A DNA stretch of 64,000 nucleotides. Source: Acidimicrobiaceae bacterium (GTDB lineage Bacteria > Actinomycetota > Acidimicrobiia > Acidimicrobiales > RAAP-2). Positions 1-12,077 of this stretch are shown in pieces. Numbering within the stretch: the stretch's first letter is position 1; each line of letters opens with the position of its first letter. Made by a program: the position numbers and the translations under genes. The notes under the pieces are model-generated. The model was not told the origin of the DNA. It did not search any database and worked only from the letters and a program-made list of their open reading frames with translations. The DNA lies in the NCBI GenBank assembly GCA_003138895.1, contig PLHJ01000012.1:137070-201069 (forward strand), read 5' to 3'.

Positions 1-608
1 AAAAGTATGAGGGCTAACGCGTAAACGTCGGACGACGGATCCGACGCATTTCCTACGGCTTGTTCCGGACTGAGATAGAGCACTTCGTTTCGCGTCATCT
101 CACTTACGGGCACATCGGATAATTCCGCAAAACCCATATCGCTGATACGCACGCGGGCATCAGCGTCAAAGATTAAATAGTCGGGCGAAAGTCGACCGTG
201 TACGAGACCATTGGTGTGTGCGTACGCCAAGGCGTTTGCCGCATCGAGACCGAGTAGCGCTACTTCTTCGAGTTCTAACGTGCCAAGTTCGGAGAGCATT
301 TCCGTAAGCGAGCCACCCGGCAGATATTCTGAAACCATAAATATGGTTCCGTTTTCTTGGCCACCGTCGAATACCTGGACCAGATTCGGATGGTTGAGCG
401 TCGCCGAGGTCACAATCCGTTCACGAAAGAGGCGACGTCGCTGAGGATCTTGAGCGAGTTCTGGCAGCAGCACCTGAATGGTGACCTTGCGATTGAGCGT
501 GAGGTCATCAGCGAGGTAGGCCTCGAGCGTGGCACCGATGCCCAGCAGTCGTTGGATACTGTACCGACCGACCAGAGCACGGCCAAGAGCAAGCGATGGC
601 GTGGTCAT
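1..608 (-). CDS. Hanks-type Ser/Thr kinase-like protein (PknB-like N-terminal domain), probable pseudokinase; 3' part runs off the window
   Basis: Manual translation from ATG at 608: MTTPSLALGRALVGRYSIQRLLGIGATLEAYLADDLTLNRKVTIQVL...LNHPNLVQVFDGG...MVSEYLPGGSL...LAYAHTNGLVHGRLSPDYL...RISDMG...YLSPEQ...SDVYALALIL. The frame is open to the window edge and is not in the ORF track. Confidence 0.88.
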   Translation of the reverse strand, partial: MTTPSLALGRALVGRYSIQRLLGIGATLEAYLADDLTLNRKVTIQVLLPELAQDPQRRRLFRERIVTSATLNHPNLVQVFDGGQENGTIFMVSEYLPGGSLTEMLSELGTLELEEVALLGLDAANALAYAHTNGLVHGRLSPDYLIFDADARVRISDMGFAELSDVPVSEMTRNEVLYLSPEQAVGNASDPSSDVYALALIL

Positions 609-636
609 TAGCACTAGCAACCCTAGTAAGGGATTG

Positions 637-3737
<3,101 letters not shown>

Positions 3738-3767
3738 TTCCCCAGTCTGCCAGTCGTTCGCCGGGTA

Positions 3768-4934
3768 CTACGCGTCGCCGCGCAGTTGGTGGACAACGCC
3801 CGAGAAAATTCGGATAAGTTCCGTTACTTCGTGCGCGGTGGTCTCTGCACCCATGGTGAAGCGAATAGCCCCCTTGGCCCTCACAGCCGGCACATCCATC
3901 GCCGCGAGAACGTGACTCGCTACGGCCGCGCCACTCGAACAACTCGACGCCGCCGACGCGCAAACGCCGCTCTGATCCAACATGAAGAGCATCTCGTCAC
4001 TCGCGAGCCCGTCAACGGTGACGTGCACGTGACCCGGCAACAGACTCGCGCCACGCGCGGTCACCATAACGCCGGGAAGAAGTGACAAGGCATTGGAAAG
4101 GCGCGTCTGAAAGTCCGTGACGCGCTCGTATGTTTCGATGCGGTCGGCCGCAGTGGCTCGAACAGCGGCGGCGAGACCAACAACCGCGGCCACGTCTACT
4201 GTGCCGCCGCGCTTGCCGCGCTCTTGTTCACCACCGGGGACCACGGCATTGAGCGCCACGGGTCCTCTCGATATGAGAGCCCCGACGTTCACCGGTCCAC
4301 CAAGTTTGTGACCACAAATGGAAATCAAATCAATTGTGCTCGTGACGACTGATAAGTCAAGCCACGGTGCGGCCGCTACGGCATCGGTGTGGGTCACTGC
4401 TCCTCCGGGAACGCCACCCTTCGCGACCGCGCTCACGGCATCCAAGGGTTGGCAAACTCCCGTTTCGTTATTCGCCGTCATCACGCTCACGAGCGCAGTA
4501 TTGAAATCCACGTTTTTCCAGAGTGAATCAATCTCGACCACTCCGTCGGCATCGACGTCGACAAAACGAAGTTCGACGTCGGCAAAATGATCGGCGATTT
4601 GTTCTGCCGCCGCAATTACGGCGTGGTGCTCGACGGGCGAAATAAGAATGTTCGTTTGTTCGTGCGTTTTTCGATGCGCGTGCGTCACGCCCACAACGGC
4701 GAGGTGGCACGACTCGGTACCTCCGGCCGTAAAGATAACGTCGCCCGGTTTGGCCCCGATGAATTCGGCAACGGCGTCTCTCGACTCTTCGACGGCCGTG
4801 CGAGCCAGTCGCGCAGCCTTGTGGCTTCCCGAGGGATTGCCAACAATGCCCGTTTGCCACGGTGCCATGGCCTCGGCCACTTCGGGCCGACGCGGCGCGG
4901 ATGCGGCGTGATCGAAGTACAAAATTTCGCTCAT
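3768..4934 (-). CDS. iscS: Cysteine desulfurase (IscS/NifS family)
   Basis: YFDHAA, GNPS, ANNETG, HTDAV, GHK PLP lysine, SSCSSG active Cys; adjacent to mnmA. Confidence 0.9.
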   Translation of the reverse strand: MSEILYFDHAASAPRRPEVAEAMAPWQTGIVGNPSGSHKAARLARTAVEESRDAVAEFIGAKPGDVIFTAGGTESCHLAVVGVTHAHRKTHEQTNILISPVEHHAVIAAAEQIADHFADVELRFVDVDADGVVEIDSLWKNVDFNTALVSVMTANNETGVCQPLDAVSAVAKGGVPGGAVTHTDAVAAAPWLDLSVVTSTIDLISICGHKLGGPVNVGALISRGPVALNAVVPGGEQERGKRGGTVDVAAVVGLAAAVRATAADRIETYERVTDFQTRLSNALSLLPGVMVTARGASLLPGHVHVTVDGLASDEMLFMLDQSGVCASAASSCSSGAAVASHVLAAMDVPAVRAKGAIRFTMGAETTAHEVTELIRIFSGVVHQLRGDA

Positions 4935-6295
4935 GCTACGAAGAACGTCTTGGCGTTCACAAACTCGTGGATACCCTGGCTGGAGAGTTCGCGTCCGTAA
5001 CCCGAATTTTTGATGCCACCAAACGGCAACTCCGGCGACGATGCGACGATGGCATTCGCATAAACCATGCCCGCCGCAATTCCGGAGAAGGCTTGTTCAA
5101 TTTCGTTGTCGTCACTCGCCCAAATAGATCCACCGAGTCCCCAGGGCGTTTCGTTCGCCACCGTAATGGCTTCTTCGAGATTAGAAACAACACGCACGAC
5201 GGCCACGGGACCAAAGAGCTCTTCACTGCCCGCGCGCGAGTTTGAGGGAACATCCGTTAACACCGTCGGTGGATAGTAAAAACCAGTGCCCTCCATTTTT
5301 TGGCCACCGGTACGGGCGGTGGCTCCCTTGGCGAGTCCGTCTTGCACTTGTGCATCGAGCAAATCACGCTGTGCGCTGCTCACGAGTGGACCGACCGTCG
5401 TTGCTGAATCCATGGGATCACCCACCGCGGCGGCACCCATTTGTTCAACGAAGGAAGATATGAACTCGTCGGCCTTGCTAGCCACCACAATGAAGCGCTT
5501 AGCGGCAATGCAACTTTGGCCGTTGTTTTGAATGCGAGCCGTAACAGCGAGCGGCACGGTGTGGGAGAGGTCCGCTGACGAAGCAACAATGAACGCGTCG
5601 GATCCACCCAACTCCATGACGCACTTCTTCAAATTTTGTCCGGCCACCGCACCGATCGAGCGACCCGCTCGCTCGGAACCCGTCAAGGTAACAGCGGCAA
5701 TGCGCTCGTCGGCAATGATTTTCGCGATCGCATCGTGTTCTACAAAAAGATTGGTGAAGACACCGTCCATGAATCCGGCGCGTCGAAACAGTTGCTCGAG
5801 AAAGTCCGCGGTGCCTGGCACATTGGCCGAGTGCTTTAAGACGCCAACATTGCCGGCCATCAATGACGGCGCGGCGAATCGAATGACCTGCCACAGAGGA
5901 AAATTCCAAGGCATGACCGCCAGCACCGCGCCAAGCGGCTCATAACGAACGCCGCTTCGCGAAGCGGGAGAGGTAATGACCTCTTCAGCAAGTAGTTCTT
6001 CGGCGTGCTCTGCGTAATAGCGCATAGTCATTGCACATTTGGCAACTTCGCCCTTCGCCGCCGCGAAGGTTTTTCCCATTTCGGACGTCAGCAACTGGGC
6101 AATGACGGGTACCTCGCCCTCTAGAAGTTCTGCGGCTCGATTCATGACGACGGAGCGTTCCGCGAAGGAGGTGTGACGCCACTGCTCAAATGCCTTAGCG
6201 CTCGTCGAAAGAGCGGCTTCTATCTCGGCGGGTCCGTGCGCCGGATATTCGTCGAGGACCTCTTCGGTGGCGGGGTTAACAGCAACGAACGGCAT
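4931..6295 (-). CDS. NAD(P)-dependent succinate-semialdehyde dehydrogenase (Sad/GabD-like aldehyde dehydrogenase)
   Basis: MPWNFP, TGSERAG, ELGG, NGQSCIAAKR, EELFGP, PFGGIKNSGYGRE. Confidence 0.88.
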   Translation of the reverse strand: MPFVAVNPATEEVLDEYPAHGPAEIEAALSTSAKAFEQWRHTSFAERSVVMNRAAELLEGEVPVIAQLLTSEMGKTFAAAKGEVAKCAMTMRYYAEHAEELLAEEVITSPASRSGVRYEPLGAVLAVMPWNFPLWQVIRFAAPSLMAGNVGVLKHSANVPGTADFLEQLFRRAGFMDGVFTNLFVEHDAIAKIIADERIAAVTLTGSERAGRSIGAVAGQNLKKCVMELGGSDAFIVASSADLSHTVPLAVTARIQNNGQSCIAAKRFIVVASKADEFISSFVEQMGAAAVGDPMDSATTVGPLVSSAQRDLLDAQVQDGLAKGATARTGGQKMEGTGFYYPPTVLTDVPSNSRAGSEELFGPVAVVRVVSNLEEAITVANETPWGLGGSIWASDDNEIEQAFSGIAAGMVYANAIVASSPELPFGGIKNSGYGRELSSQGIHEFVNAKTFFVA

Positions 6296-6391
6296 AGAAC
6301 CATTCTGCCAGAGTGCCGGTCCGCATCAATCGGCGCTTCGTTGGCAATATTGCCGCTCGGCATCGCAAATGACGAGCGAGACATGGACGCT

Positions 6392-6511
6392 TTAGTCGTT
6401 CTTCTTTCGACGGGGGCGAAGAGCAAACCACCACACGGAAACAATCGTCACGAGTGCTCCCACGATGCCGATTGTCGACTTTACGCCCTTGCCTTTTGCG
6501 CCATCTGCCAT
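6392..6511 (-). CDS. Small single-pass membrane protein, 39 aa
   Basis: MADGAKGKGVKSTIGIVGALVTIVSVWWFALRPRRKKND*; hydrophobic core flanked by basic residues; TACGAT -10-like hexamer 6 nt upstream of the ATG. Confidence 0.65.
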   Translation of the reverse strand: MADGAKGKGVKSTIGIVGALVTIVSVWWFALRPRRKKND

Positions 6512-6526
6512 AAATTCATCGTAATA

Positions 6527-6562
6527 GGGAAACGCCGGGGACCAAAATCCCCGGCGTTTCCC
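6527..6562. terminator. Hairpin, probable intrinsic terminator of yceI
   Basis: Perfect 15-bp stem GGGAAACGCCGGGGA / TCCCCGGCGTTTCCC with 6-nt loop, 15 nt past the yceI stop. Confidence 0.8.
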
Positions 6563-6577
6563 AAAAACAGGTGATGC

Positions 6578-7120
6578 TTAGGCTTGCAGCGCTGACTCAA
6601 TTGCGAGTTCAAGGCTGATCTTGTTGCCAACGACCAAACTGCCGTTTTCCAACGCACCTTCGAAATTCACGCCAAAATCACGGCGATCAATTTCGGCCTT
6701 GGCTTCGAAGCCGGCCACCAAAACGCCTGGGGCCATGCCTGGACCGGTACCGAGGTACTCGAGTTCAAACGCCACTGACTTGGTGACGCCCTTGATCGTG
6801 ACGTCGGCCACCAGCTCGTAGTTGTCGCCACCCTTTGACGTAATTGACGTCGACTTCAGTTCCCAAGTGGGGAACTTCTCGGTCTCGAAGAAGTCGGCAC
6901 TCTTTAGGTGACCATCGCGCATGTCATTGGCGGTCGTGATGCTGTCGGCTTTCAGCGAAGCAACAACGGTTGACGTCTCAGCACTGTCACCAATGGTGAT
7001 GGCACCCGTGAAGTCCGTGAAATGGCCACGAACCTTGGACACGAGGTGGCGAGCAACGAAACCAATCGTTGAGTGGACGGGGTCGACGTTGTACACGCCG
7101 GGAGCGGGAAGGTTGCTCAT
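6578..7120 (-). CDS. YceI-family polyisoprenoid-binding protein
   Basis: YNVDPVHSTIGF, RDGHLKSADFF, TIKGVTK, IDRRDFG; start moved to ATG 7120 after an AAGGAG SD. Confidence 0.93.
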   Translation of the reverse strand: MSNLPAPGVYNVDPVHSTIGFVARHLVSKVRGHFTDFTGAITIGDSAETSTVVASLKADSITTANDMRDGHLKSADFFETEKFPTWELKSTSITSKGGDNYELVADVTIKGVTKSVAFELEYLGTGPGMAPGVLVAGFEAKAEIDRRDFGVNFEGALENGSLVVGNKISLELAIESALQA

Positions 7121-7168
7121 GGTACATCTCCTTGATTTTTGAACACTTGTTGTGTCGTCCCATAGTAG

Positions 7169-7212
7169 TTGCATATGCAATAGTTTGTCAAGCAGTAATT
7201 GCATAGGCATAT
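7169..7212. promoter_or_regulatory. Putative MarR operator between divergent yceI and marR
   Basis: Perfect palindrome TTGCATATGCAA (7169-7180) and an imperfect copy TTGCATAGGCAT (7199-7210). Confidence 0.6.
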
Positions 7213-7230
7213 AACTGGTACACTATTGAC

Positions 7231-7686
7231 ATGACTATTTCGGCAGCGGCGTGTCCTTCGGGTGATGAACGAGTAACGCTCTTTGCCCTTTTGCTCGACA
7301 CGAATGCCCGTTTATCAAGGACCTTGGGAGTCGCGCTCGAAGAGAGTTGCCAACTTCCCCTGGCCTGGTTCGAGGTGCTTTTACAGCTTCGAAGGTCACC
7401 CGAGGGCATTCTCACGATGTCCCAGATTGCCGACGCCATTGTGCACTCCACGGGCGGCACCACCCGATTGGTCGACCGTATTGAGGCTGCTGACTATATC
7501 GAGCGTCGCACGTGTCCTTCAGATCGACGTGCTGTCAACGTTGGTATTACGGCACTTGGAAACGCCAAACTCGACGAAGCACTCAGCGCCCATTTATCGT
7601 TCCTCGACGTTCACGTTTCAAACCGATTGAGTGATCAAGAACGAAAGCAATTAGCGGCGTTACTTGAAAAACTCAGCGTCGACTAG
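7231..7686 (+). CDS. MarR-family transcriptional regulator
   Basis: wHTH with TRLVDRIE...DRRAV...T..G; TACACT 6 nt before ATG (leaderless). Confidence 0.93.
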   Translation: MTISAAACPSGDERVTLFALLLDTNARLSRTLGVALEESCQLPLAWFEVLLQLRRSPEGILTMSQIADAIVHSTGGTTRLVDRIEAADYIERRTCPSDRRAVNVGITALGNAKLDEALSAHLSFLDVHVSNRLSDQERKQLAALLEKLSVD

Positions 7687-10600
7687 TTCTTCGCGGCCCA
7701 CGCGCGAGCTTCACGTTCGTCATCGAGATCAAGCGCCACGCCCTCACCGACGCCGGACGTCGTCAGAATTTCGCTCGCGAGTACTTCGCTCGCCAACAAC
7801 GCGAATCCATCACTTAAATCGTCGATACCAACGAGATGGAGCGTAATCCGGTCCGAGACGTCAAAGCCCGAATTCTTTCGAAGGTCTTGCACTTGACGAA
7901 CAACGTCACGCAAATAGCCACGCCGACGAAGACCATCATCAATTGCCAGATCAAGGGCGACGACTTCGCCGCCCGCTCGAGAGACAGCAAAACCTCCCTG
8001 ACTCTGCACGCGAAGCTCGAGGTCTTCTGTCGTTAAAACAACTTCACCATTGGAGAGAAAAATTGAGACACTTTCGCCTTGCTCCAATGCCTGCGCCGTT
8101 GCCACTGAATCCAACGCCGCTAGCGCGGGCTTCAATTCCTTCACTGCCTCACCCAGGCGAGGACCGAGCGTTCGAAAACTGGGTACCAATTCAAAGGTCA
8201 ATACGTCGGCGAGTTCTGAACTGAATTCCAACGTGTCGACGTTTAACTCTTCTTCAACAACGCCCTCAGGAGGACGCGGTGAACCCGTTGGCAAGAACAC
8301 GAGAGCTCGGTGCAGCGGTTGGCGAACTTTGACGCCGGCGTCGGCCCGAGCGGCGCGGCCAAGCGACGTCAAACTACGAGCAACGTCCATGGATGCCTCA
8401 AGCGCTTCGTCGCGGTCGAAGATATCCGTTGCGGGCCAGTCACGAAGATGAACACTGTCCGACTCGTCAGCGTCAAAAAGCTCGTGGAAAAGCCGATCCG
8501 CCACAAACGGACAAAATGGCGCCAGAAGAAATGTCAATTGTTGCAGTACGTCGAGCAGCGTTGCCTGTGCGGCGAGCGAGTCCGACGCTGGCGCGTTAGG
8601 GTCCGTTCGCCAAAAGCGTCGTCGGCAGCGTCGTACGTACCAATTGGAGAGGTCGTCAATCAACTTGGCAATGGTTTCGGTGGCCCCAAGTGGTTCGTAG
8701 CCGTCAAGGGCATTCGTGACCACTGCGGTCACGTCGCCCAGTCGAGAAAGAATCCAGCGATCCATTTGCGAACGCTCTGATCGCTGGGGAATATTCGCGT
8801 CGTTGGGATCAAAATTATTGAGTGATGCGTAGGTCGTAAAGAAACTGAAGGTGTTCCAGAGTGTCGCCAACGTTTCGCGCAGCGAAGCGTCTATCGATCC
8901 CAAACTTGCGCGCGTGGGAGTCCAGGGTGAACCTTGCGAAAACATCCACCAGCGAAGTGGATCGGCACCTCTCGAATCAAGGATCTCCCAGGGGTCAATG
9001 ACATTGCCCAATGACTTGGACATTTTCTTGCCGTTTTCATCCACGATGTGACCAAGGCACAGCACATGCTGATAGGGCGTCGCACCAAACACCAAGGTAT
9101 TGACCGCTAACAACGTGTAGAACCAGCCTCGCGTTTGGTCAATGGCCTCCGCAATGAACTGCGCAGGGAACTGCATTGCTTCCTTGGAACCTTCGACGTG
9201 GGGAAATCCCACTTGCGCCGCCGGCATCGCACCAGAATCAAACCACGCGTCGATAACCGGTTCAACTCGCTTAGCGTCATCACCGCACGTTCGACAATGA
9301 ATGATGACGTCATCAATGGCGGGTCGGTGGGGATCAATATCATCAACGTCGCGACCGGCGAGTTCGGATAATTCTTTTCTCGAGCCCACGCACGTGAGGT
9401 GATTTTGCTCACATCGCCATACGGGCAGCGGTGTGCCCCAGAATCGATCGCGCGACAGGGCCCAGTCGACGTTGTTCTTCAACCACTCGCCCATTCGACC
9501 TTCACGAATATGGTCAGGATGCCAATCAATCGTCGCGTTCTGCGCCATGAGTTGTTCGCGGTACTGACTGGTGGCAACGTACCAACTCGGCTTACCCCAG
9601 TAAATAAGCACGGTGCCACATCGCCAACAATGCGGTAACGAGTGCGAATAGTCAAATCGCCGAAACAAGAGCCCGCGTCGTTCCAACTCATCATTGATGG
9701 CGCTATTGGCCTCACGAACGGGTTGACCCTCGAGCCAGGGAACTTCGCTCGTGAACGTACCGTCAGGTCCTACCGGATTAACTGTCGGAAGACCATTGTT
9801 CCTCGCTACTTGTCGGTCGATTTCACCAAACGCTGGCGCTTGGTGCACGAGTCCCGTACCTTCATCCGTCGTCACGTAGTCCGCCTCGACGACGTAGTTG
9901 ACATCGACGCCGTCGGGAAAAGCAACATCGGTAAAAGGTCGTTCGTAGTGCAGTCCCACGAGGTCCGCGCCTTTGACCAATTGGCTAATGGTCGCGTTGT
10001 CACCAAACACACTCTCCACCAGAGCTTCCGCGACAATGAGACCGTCAACCACCGCGTAGGTCACGTCAGGGTGTACCGCCACCGCCACGTTGGAAAGGAG
10101 CGTCCACGGCGTGGTTGTCCACACGACGAGGTGCGTTGCTCCGGTGAGCTTGGCACTTTTCTCATCGTCGCGAATTGGAAACAGGACGTAACAACTTTCG
10201 TCCACTTCATCGGTGTAGACATCGGGCTGACCAAGCTCGTGACTTGATAGGGCAGTGCCACAGCGAGGACAGTAGGGCACGACCTTTAAGTCTTCGTACA
10301 GCAAACCACGATCAAAGAGCTGTTGGAGTTGCCACCAGACGGATTCGACGTAGCTGGGGTCGTACGTCCAGTACGCGGTGTCGAGATCAACCCAGTAGCC
10401 AATTCGTTCTGTTAATCGGGCGAAGTCGCCAACGAACGTAAGCACAGATTCACGACAGAGTCGAGCAAATTCGGCGATACCAACTTCATCCTCGATTGCT
10501 TTTTTCCCGGAGATGCCCAATTGTTTTTCGACTTGTACTTCCACGGGAAGTCCGTGCGTGTCCCATCCGGCTCGTCGAAGCACGTAGTGACCGCGCATGG

Positions 10601-10817
10601 TTTGATAACGGCCAAAAAGGTCCTTGTACACACGAGCCCATACGTGATGCAGTCCAGGTTTACCGTTCGCGGTGGGTGGACCTTCGTAAAAGACCCACGG
10701 AGATTCGCCCTCGCGTTGGCGGACCGATCGTTGAAAAATATCATGCTCGCGCCAACGACGGAGTTCTTCTTGCTCAATCGCTACAAAATCGATGTCGGCG
10801 CTGACGGGGCGAAACAC
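7683..10817 (-). CDS. ileS: Isoleucine--tRNA ligase, type 2
   Basis: EGPPTANGKPGLHH, GWDTHGLP, WTTTPWTL, SRDRFWG, KMSKS. Confidence 0.98.
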   Translation of the reverse strand: MFRPVSADIDFVAIEQEELRRWREHDIFQRSVRQREGESPWVFYEGPPTANGKPGLHHVWARVYKDLFGRYQTMRGHYVLRRAGWDTHGLPVEVQVEKQLGISGKKAIEDEVGIAEFARLCRESVLTFVGDFARLTERIGYWVDLDTAYWTYDPSYVESVWWQLQQLFDRGLLYEDLKVVPYCPRCGTALSSHELGQPDVYTDEVDESCYVLFPIRDDEKSAKLTGATHLVVWTTTPWTLLSNVAVAVHPDVTYAVVDGLIVAEALVESVFGDNATISQLVKGADLVGLHYERPFTDVAFPDGVDVNYVVEADYVTTDEGTGLVHQAPAFGEIDRQVARNNGLPTVNPVGPDGTFTSEVPWLEGQPVREANSAINDELERRGLLFRRFDYSHSLPHCWRCGTVLIYWGKPSWYVATSQYREQLMAQNATIDWHPDHIREGRMGEWLKNNVDWALSRDRFWGTPLPVWRCEQNHLTCVGSRKELSELAGRDVDDIDPHRPAIDDVIIHCRTCGDDAKRVEPVIDAWFDSGAMPAAQVGFPHVEGSKEAMQFPAQFIAEAIDQTRGWFYTLLAVNTLVFGATPYQHVLCLGHIVDENGKKMSKSLGNVIDPWEILDSRGADPLRWWMFSQGSPWTPTRASLGSIDASLRETLATLWNTFSFFTTYASLNNFDPNDANIPQRSERSQMDRWILSRLGDVTAVVTNALDGYEPLGATETIAKLIDDLSNWYVRRCRRRFWRTDPNAPASDSLAAQATLLDVLQQLTFLLAPFCPFVADRLFHELFDADESDSVHLRDWPATDIFDRDEALEASMDVARSLTSLGRAARADAGVKVRQPLHRALVFLPTGSPRPPEGVVEEELNVDTLEFSSELADVLTFELVPSFRTLGPRLGEAVKELKPALAALDSVATAQALEQGESVSIFLSNGEVVLTTEDLELRVQSQGGFAVSRAGGEVVALDLAIDDGLRRRGYLRDVVRQVQDLRKNSGFDVSDRITLHLVGIDDLSDGFALLASEVLASEILTTSGVGEGVALDLDDEREARAWAAKN

Positions 10818-10893
10818 TGTTCTCCTTACATGGATGTCTGTAATCGTAGTTACTGAGCTTCAATTGGTAAGAACCCCCTCCTACAGTGTTCGA

Positions 10894-11367
10894 ATGACAC
10901 AACTTGAACTCGCCATTGAGGCTGTGAAGGGAGTGGCCGTGCAAGCGCTGCTGTACTGCGCCAGTGAGGAACTGGAGCGACGCTATGGCCAGGGGGCCGA
11001 TCAAGAACATCTCGGCTTCGATGAACTCGCGCCACCCTATGGCGCCTTTATCGTTGCTCGTCTTGCCACTCACTTGGCGGGTGGCGTCGGCCTTCGGCCC
11101 ATTGGCACGAAACTCGGAGCATGCGCCGAAATAAAGCGACTTTGGGTGCGCCCGGACCTTCGACGAAGTGGCGTCGGTTTGGCACTCATGGAGGCCATCG
11201 AAAAAGAAGCCCGACGAATTGGCTACAGCGAAATTTTCTTAGAGACCGGTGAGCGTCAACCCGAGGCGGTGGCCTTTTACGAGCGTCATGGGTGGCAGCA
11301 CATCGACGAATATCCTCCGGGTTCTTTTGGCTACCCCGAAGGCATCAAATTTTCTCGAACGCTCTAA
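10894..11367 (+). CDS. GNAT-family N-acetyltransferase
   Basis: AEIKRLWV, RRSGVG motif A, LETGERQPEAVAFY; start set at ATG 10894 (TACAGT 6 nt upstream). Confidence 0.88.
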   Translation: MTQLELAIEAVKGVAVQALLYCASEELERRYGQGADQEHLGFDELAPPYGAFIVARLATHLAGGVGLRPIGTKLGACAEIKRLWVRPDLRRSGVGLALMEAIEKEARRIGYSEIFLETGERQPEAVAFYERHGWQHIDEYPPGSFGYPEGIKFSRTL

Positions 11368-12026
11368 CGCCCAAATTCTTCATCGAGCCAACCCGTTGTC
11401 AACTCTTCGAGCGACGGAAGCACCAAATCAGCAATGGCGAAGGAAGGAAGCAAGCGCTCACCCAGTGCTGGCACGGCCACGCATCTCATGCGCGCCGCCT
11501 TGGCGGCCAAGAGTCCGGCCGCTGAATCTTCAAACACCAAGCACTCGAGTGGTGAAACGTCCATGAGGTCAGCCGTGGTAATAAAAACGCCTGGGTGCGG
11601 CTTGCCGTACGGCTCAAACTCCGCTGAATGGACCACGTTGAAGCGGTCTCGAAGGCCAAAATTATCGAGACACCTATATATCAGTGCTTGCGGCGTCGAA
11701 CTTGCGAGCCCCAGCGGTCCACGTTCACTCGTTAAATCAAGCGCCCGCAGAGCGCCCGGCATTAAGACGCCTTCTTCTTCAACTAAATCGCCAACGCGCT
11801 GCAACAGTTGCGCCGAGACGTCACTGGTCGTAGGTCCGCTCCAGGGATACTGCACAAACCAGAAATCCACGACCTCACCAACGAACATTCCCTTGGTGGC
11901 CCGTGTGCTGTTCTCGTCGAGGGGAACACCCAACGATCCAAAGATTTCGATTTCGGCTTTGTGCCAGAGAATCTCCGAATCGATGAGCAGGCCATCCATG
12001 TCGAAGAGCGTTGTCGTTACTTTCAC
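11364..12026 (-). CDS. HAD-family phosphatase (HxpB/YniC-like sugar-phosphate phosphatase)
   Basis: FDMDGLLIDSE, ASS, GKPHP, FEDS. Confidence 0.9.
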   Translation of the reverse strand: MKVTTTLFDMDGLLIDSEILWHKAEIEIFGSLGVPLDENSTRATKGMFVGEVVDFWFVQYPWSGPTTSDVSAQLLQRVGDLVEEEGVLMPGALRALDLTSERGPLGLASSTPQALIYRCLDNFGLRDRFNVVHSAEFEPYGKPHPGVFITTADLMDVSPLECLVFEDSAAGLLAAKAARMRCVAVPALGERLLPSFAIADLVLPSLEELTTGWLDEEFGR

Positions 12027-12077
12027 TCAGTCACTTTTACACAGGTGTACCTACCGGCCAGTTACTACGGTGTGAAG

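Noticed and set aside
10818-10893. T-box riboswitch upstream of ileS (common in Actinobacteria)
   Set aside because: Only about 75 nt separate ileS from the divergent GNAT gene, and I see no T-box (GGTGGNACCGCG-like) sequence.
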